Assembly: GCA_030670015.1 (NCBI GenBank)
Contig: DAOVCM010000001.1
Span: 1 to 30,618 of the forward strand
Direction: 5' to 3'
Origin: Candidatus Bathyarchaeota archaeon
GTDB taxonomy: Archaea > Thermoproteota > Bathyarchaeia > TCS64
Length of the DNA stretch: 30,618 nt
In this document: piece after piece, positions 26,214 to 30,618 of the stretch
How positions within the stretch are numbered: position 1 is the first letter of the stretch
How the letters are laid out: each line of letters begins with the position of its first letter
The notes under the pieces: model-generated
Databases searched by the model: none
The model's input: only the letters and a program-made list of their open reading frames with translations
What the model was told of the DNA's origin: nothing
Program-made: the position numbers and the translations under genes

Positions 26214-27179
26214 CTAACCCTTACAGAGTATGGTTTTAAGCATGTCAGCCGTGAGGTTTCCGCCGCTGAGGTCCATAGCGACCTTCTTACCCTTCAAGCG
26301 GTCCCGGATCTTGTAGCCTGCGGCCAGGGAGGCGGCGCCGGCGCCCTCCGCGATGGTGTGAGCTTTCTCAACGTAAAGCCTGATAGCGTCCTTGATCTCC
26401 TCCTCGGAGACAAGGATGAAGTCGTCTATCTGGTCCCGTATGATCTCAAGGGGAAGCTCGAAGGCTCGTCTGGTCGCCAGCCCGTCGGCCATTGTGTCCG
26501 CCGAATCCGTTGGGACGATCTCTCCCTTCTTCCAACTGAGGTATACACTGGGTGCGTTCTCCGATTGCACCGCGATCACCTCGACATCGGGGGCCGCAGT
26601 TCTGACAACTGTGCTGATGCCCGCGGCTCCTGAGCCTCCGCCTACTGGGACGATAATAACATCGACGTCGGGAAGGGCTTCAACGATCTCAAGCCCGATA
26701 GTTGCGACGCCGGCTATTAGATGGGGCTCGTTACCGCCGTGAATGTAGCGATATCCCTGCTCCTCTGTGATCCTCTCAGCGTTCAAACGGGCGTCCTCAA
26801 AGTCGCGGCCTTCTGCAATGATCTCGGCACCAAAACTTCGGATGGCCGCGACCTTGTCGGGGTTAGCGTTTTTCGAGACACAAACCCTTGCTTCGACGCC
26901 GAATAAGTTGGAAGCGTAAGCCACAGCTTGGCCGTGGTTACCTGTAGATGCGGTGATAACGCCCTGTTTCTTCTCTTTGGGGCTGAGCTGGGAGACGAGG
27001 TTGATACCGCCGCGAACCTTGAATGATCCTGTTGGCTGGAAGTTCTCATGTTTTACGTAGGCTTCAAACCCAAGGACCTTCGAAAGACTTGCGTAATGGT
27101 GCAGAGGGGTTTTCGATAGGTAGGGGGCAATGTTCTTCTTGGCTTTCAAAACGTCTATGAAAGTAGGGCGGATGAACAT
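26214..27179 (-). CDS. Threonine/serine dehydratase, catalytic domain only
   Basis: KHENFQPTGSFKVRG, ASTGNHGQ, VPVGGGSG, AEGAGAAS and LSGGN. No C-terminal ACT domain. Confidence 0.88.
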   Translation of the reverse strand: MFIRPTFIDVLKAKKNIAPYLSKTPLHHYASLSKVLGFEAYVKHENFQPTGSFKVRGGINLVSQLSPKEKKQGVITASTGNHGQAVAYASNLFGVEARVCVSKNANPDKVAAIRSFGAEIIAEGRDFEDARLNAERITEEQGYRYIHGGNEPHLIAGVATIGLEIVEALPDVDVIIVPVGGGSGAAGISTVVRTAAPDVEVIAVQSENAPSVYLSWKKGEIVPTDSADTMADGLATRRAFELPLEIIRDQIDDFILVSEEEIKDAIRLYVEKAHTIAEGAGAASLAAGYKIRDRLKGKKVAMDLSGGNLTADMLKTILCKG

Positions 27180-27391
27180 ACTTATCGTCCTGTACTTTGG
27201 CGGCTCCAGTTTATATCTCTGAGCTTTTTGGGAGGATAATGGGCTGATTAAGGCTCTTTAGGTGAAGGATGTATCTTGTTTAAAATGCCAGGATGAGCGC
27301 TTAGTTGGATGATAGAAACCTTGAGAGAGGTGGATCTATGTCTTCTATAAGATACTAAATGTTTAATAATTATAATTGGGAATTTTAAGGT

Positions 27392-27742
27392 ATGAAGAGT
27401 TACATTAAGATCTTTGGTCCGCCAACTCTGAAGGCGTTGAAGGAACTGGAGAAGATCGCTATTAATATGCCCGACGTTTGTATCATGGACACCGTCATAT
27501 CACAGGATCTGCCAATATTTGATACACAGGAGGGCATTATGAACTTCTTCGGCTCTATCGGCGAGATGACCGTGGAACGTTGCAACAACATCATAAGCAA
27601 GTCCGGTGAGACCCTGGGGGAATACGACTTCTACTTTGAGTGGTTCACTGACCCGGCATTGGAACAGCTGAACGACCTAATCTTGAAGATAGATGAGGCC
27701 CTGATGCCGCTGGGATGTAAATACACTATAACCACGAAGTAA
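27392..27742 (+). CDS. Hypothetical protein
   Basis: 116-aa ATG ORF filling the gap with plausible composition; no family recognised with confidence. Confidence 0.7.
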   Translation: MKSYIKIFGPPTLKALKELEKIAINMPDVCIMDTVISQDLPIFDTQEGIMNFFGSIGEMTVERCNNIISKSGETLGEYDFYFEWFTDPALEQLNDLILKIDEALMPLGCKYTITTK

Positions 27743-27891
27743 ACCTCGTGTGAACCTTTGAATACAGAAACCCATTATTTTTTAACAAACCGTATCGTCT
27801 CTCCCCTTTTTATGTTTATGATTTTCAGTACAGCTATAATCAAATGTGTATAGAAAGTAACTTTTGGAAATATTATTGGCTGATGCGTCCT

Positions 27892-28455
27892 CTATCCTGC
27901 TTCCACATATCTGTCAATGTATGCGAATTTCTCGAATGGGAGTCTCTGAGGCCTCTCTTTTCCCCTTTTCTTCTGGTCTTCTGTGAGGGTGTCGTGTAGA
28001 GCATCGGAGCGTCTTCCGACGTTTACCAAGGTGATAACCTGCATGTCCTCTGGAACCCCTAGGATCTTCTTCACATTCTTCTCCCTGTAGCCCGCAATTG
28101 GGTATGCAACCAGGCCCAGCTCAGTTGCCCTCAGGATGAGGAAGGCGGTCGCCATGCCTTTGTCGAACTGGTGGTACTCTCTCCCTCTGACACTGCAGTC
28201 GTCGTCCTTCCTGCTGAAGACAGCGATGATCATGGACGCATCCCGGACCCAGTTATTAGACTTTAAAAGCGCTGCGTGCATATCCTGCAGCACATCGGGG
28301 TCTCGTACATATATGAACCTCCAAGGCTGGTTGTTGAAGCATGAAGGGGCGAGGCTTGAGCTCCAGGCCAGCTCCTTTATCAACTCGTTTGATATGGGCA
28401 TAGGGTCAAGAGATCTGTAAGCTCTCCGTGCAATTATCGCTTCTTTGACATGCAA
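27892..28455 (-). CDS. Nitroreductase family protein
   Basis: IIARRAYR, APSCFNNQPWRF and LRATELGLVAYPIAG. Confidence 0.9.
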   Translation of the reverse strand: MHVKEAIIARRAYRSLDPMPISNELIKELAWSSSLAPSCFNNQPWRFIYVRDPDVLQDMHAALLKSNNWVRDASMIIAVFSRKDDDCSVRGREYHQFDKGMATAFLILRATELGLVAYPIAGYREKNVKKILGVPEDMQVITLVNVGRRSDALHDTLTEDQKKRGKERPQRLPFEKFAYIDRYVEAG

Positions 28456-28470
28456 GGCTCATCTGTACCT

Positions 28471-28956
28471 CTATTTTTCTATCAGCTCGGATAGCTTCTC
28501 CTTCACAGCTTCAACATGGCCCTTGACCCTCACATTCCTCCATATGTGGGCTATCCTCCCTTCGGGGTCTGTGAGGAAGCTGCTCCTGACGACGCCGTGG
28601 TACTCCCTCCCAAACCTTTTCTTAAGTTTCCATACGCCATATTTTTCAAGGGCTTCATGGGCGGGGTCGCTCAGAAGCGTGATCCCTAGGTCGTGCTTCG
28701 TGCAGAAGTTCTTGTGACTCTCAACCGAGTCGGGGCTGACCCCGATGATAAATGCTCCAAGGGATTCGAAATCACCCTTGTTCAGAGTGAAGTCGATGGC
28801 CTCAAGCGTGCATCCCTTGGTGTTGTCCCTAGGGTAGAAATACAGGACAAACCATTTCCCTTGGAACTCTTCCATGCAGACCTCTATACCTTCTTGGTTG
28901 GACAAGCAGAAGCCAGGGGCTTCTACTCCTACTGCCAATTCTCTTGTTTCAGCCAT
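28471..28956 (-). CDS. bcp: Peroxiredoxin, Bcp/PrxQ type
   Basis: LYFYPRDNTKGCTLEA (PxxxTxxC), GVSPDS, LLSDP and VVRSSFL. Confidence 0.92.
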   Translation of the reverse strand: MAETRELAVGVEAPGFCLSNQEGIEVCMEEFQGKWFVLYFYPRDNTKGCTLEAIDFTLNKGDFESLGAFIIGVSPDSVESHKNFCTKHDLGITLLSDPAHEALEKYGVWKLKKRFGREYHGVVRSSFLTDPEGRIAHIWRNVRVKGHVEAVKEKLSELIEK

Positions 28957-29116
28957 GATGAAAACCTCAGATCACCGAGAAAAGTGGAATAAAACTATTT
29001 AAACAACCCTTTGATAGACTCGATTAAAACCTGGGTTTTATATGAAGCTGAAAGAGGCTTACTTTAAGGTTAATAGACATCATTCACCCATATTTGGACG
29101 ATTTTTCAGGTGGCCT

Positions 29117-30358
29117 CTATTCGAGGCTGATCGTACCGTATTTATCGTAGTATTCTACCCAGAGGCGTCTCATCTCATCGTCGAGACTACCTTTGATAAG
29201 GTCGAAAATTGTCTTGATATTCTCGATGGAGAACACCTTGAGTCCTAGCTCATCCTCTAGGTATTCGACGGGGCCACGTTTCGCGATGTTCTCGGCGTCT
29301 CCCATCCTCTCCTGCCTGTCAACGGCTATGACGAGGCCGACAACTTGGTGTTTCCCCAACAAATGCAGTTTCTCTATGGTCTCCACCTTAGTAGAGCCCG
29401 TTGTTATTGTGTCGTCGACAACGAGGATTCTCTGTCCCTGTTTGAAGTATCCTGCGCCCACGATGACCCGGTCGGCGGAGATGTCGCCGTAGGCTTTCTC
29501 CTCCTTCCTGTCGTACATGTACCGCTTGTCCATTCCGTAGAGTTCTTTCAACCCCTCGCAGGTGAGGGTGGCCAGGCTGATGCCCTTGTAGCTGGGGCCG
29601 AAGATGTAGTCAAAGTCCTCGATGGCTCCCTGCTCCATCAAGAGCGCGATGTAGCTGGCGAAGGCCCACTTGAGGCTCGTGAGTGACTCGCCGTCCGTCA
29701 GGGCGCCGAGGTTGACGAAGTAGGGGGAAGGGCGTCCGCTCTTCAGGATGAAGGGCTCCTCGGGGCTCGGAGGCAGACGCAGCGCTCCCTTTTTGATAAG
29801 GGTGTCGAGGAAGACCTGCTCGATCTTCTCCTTTGATACGAGACCACCTCCCTCCAAGGTGAAGGCGTCGCTGTTGATGTATTCGAGGATGGATCCGTAG
29901 TAGAGGATTGAGCCGCAGTAGGTGCAGTGTAGCTTGAGGGCTTCAACGTTGATCCCCCCCTCGACGTTGAACTGGCCTCTAGGCGGTGTGTATTTTGAGT
30001 TTGTGGGGCAGAGGGGGTTGGGGCATTTGAAGATCCCCTCTATTAGTATGGGCAGCTGGACGAGGCGTTTTTCCTTCACGCCCCAGTTCTCGACGATGTT
30101 CAGTGTCGCAGAGGGGGCGACGAAGGCGATGAGGTCGATCTCCTTGGAGGTGAGGTAGGTCCCCTCTATTTTAATGAGGTCCTTGGTGTTGAGACTCTTA
30201 CTGTCGACGTTCTGGGCTATCAGCGTCCTCGCTGTAGGGTCGAGTTTTAGAAGCCGGAGGACGAGGAAGGCCTTTCCAGCGGGGATATGGTCAATAACGA
30301 TGCCGTTCTCGATCTTGCTCACGAGCAGTTGCTTCTCCGACAAATTATACTCCTTCAT
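29117..30358 (-). CDS. Fusion of aspartate carbamoyltransferase regulatory chain (PyrI) and orotate phosphoribosyltransferase (PyrE)
   Basis: N-terminal part: LLVSKIENGIVIDHIPAG, KDLIKIE, APSATLNIV, CPNPLCPTN...CTYC. C-terminal part: FILKSGRPSPYFVN, FGPSYKGI, DRKEEKAYGD, VVDDTITTGS. One uninterrupted frame. Confidence 0.9.
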   Translation of the reverse strand: MKEYNLSEKQLLVSKIENGIVIDHIPAGKAFLVLRLLKLDPTARTLIAQNVDSKSLNTKDLIKIEGTYLTSKEIDLIAFVAPSATLNIVENWGVKEKRLVQLPILIEGIFKCPNPLCPTNSKYTPPRGQFNVEGGINVEALKLHCTYCGSILYYGSILEYINSDAFTLEGGGLVSKEKIEQVFLDTLIKKGALRLPPSPEEPFILKSGRPSPYFVNLGALTDGESLTSLKWAFASYIALLMEQGAIEDFDYIFGPSYKGISLATLTCEGLKELYGMDKRYMYDRKEEKAYGDISADRVIVGAGYFKQGQRILVVDDTITTGSTKVETIEKLHLLGKHQVVGLVIAVDRQERMGDAENIAKRGPVEYLEDELGLKVFSIENIKTIFDLIKGSLDDEMRRLWVEYYDKYGTISLE

Positions 30359-30618
30359 GAAACCCTACGACGCTGTAGAAAAGCGTTGCCTTGATGAAGT
30401 GGCTGTGGGTGGTAATTTGAATGATCATGCGTCCATGTTTGTGGGATATGGTGATGGGATAATATTTACCGTTGAACCTCCATTTAGCAACGGACAGTCT
30501 GCGACTGACAGGAACGAGAAGGTGAGAGACCGGGAACAGTCCTCACACAGTGAGGCTGAGGACAAGGAGGGGGGATTCATGGATTCCCTTTACGATATGG
30601 AGGGGGACGTTGAAGAGG

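Noticed and set aside
27494-27504. Further partial motif match (TGTGATATGAC on the minus strand)
   Set aside because: An isolated partial match in coding sequence. It shows that half-sites occur at background rate, so it was not counted.
144-30158. Numerous alternative-frame and antisense ORFs in the track (e.g. 860-1372, 4931-5341, 5489-6013, 13496-13972, 13785-14279, 25288-25758, 26211-26633, 29042-29248)
   Set aside because: They overlap well-supported genes, have no recognisable motifs and show composition typical of shadow ORFs.
30359-30618. Partial ORF or pyrB 3' end at the window edge
   Set aside because: Short open frames exist on both strands, but none resembles PyrB or another family. 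This cannot be resolved without flanking sequence.

Overview
Archaeal chromosomal window. PolD (DP1 and DP2), Elf1, Alba, GGGP synthase, Sec61beta, RPA and a single-OB SSB point to a TACK archaeon, most consistent with Bathyarchaeia (inferred from gene content, not from a search). There is no mobile element and no CRISPR array. The centre is a ~1.3 kb very AT-rich intergenic region (17244-18535). It carries a repeated 12-bp palindrome TGTGATATCACA with ~10-bp-phased half-sites and two weak, inverted ORB-like boxes. The two PolD genes point away from it on either side, and several uncharacterised DNA-binding proteins lie nearby (HTH-like, membrane-anchored coiled-coil wHTH, RHH, tandem wHTH). 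No cdc6/orc1 gene is in the window. This is a candidate replication origin with an unusual recognition motif. Other notable items: an SSB gene with three lesions, a PyrI-PyrE fusion, an EpeE/YydG-like radical SAM enzyme next to an M28 peptidase, an AGT-like/EndoV fusion with degenerate active sites, and two small genes missing from the ORF track (Sec61beta and a 38-aa membrane peptide). All family calls come from recalled motifs; no database search was run.
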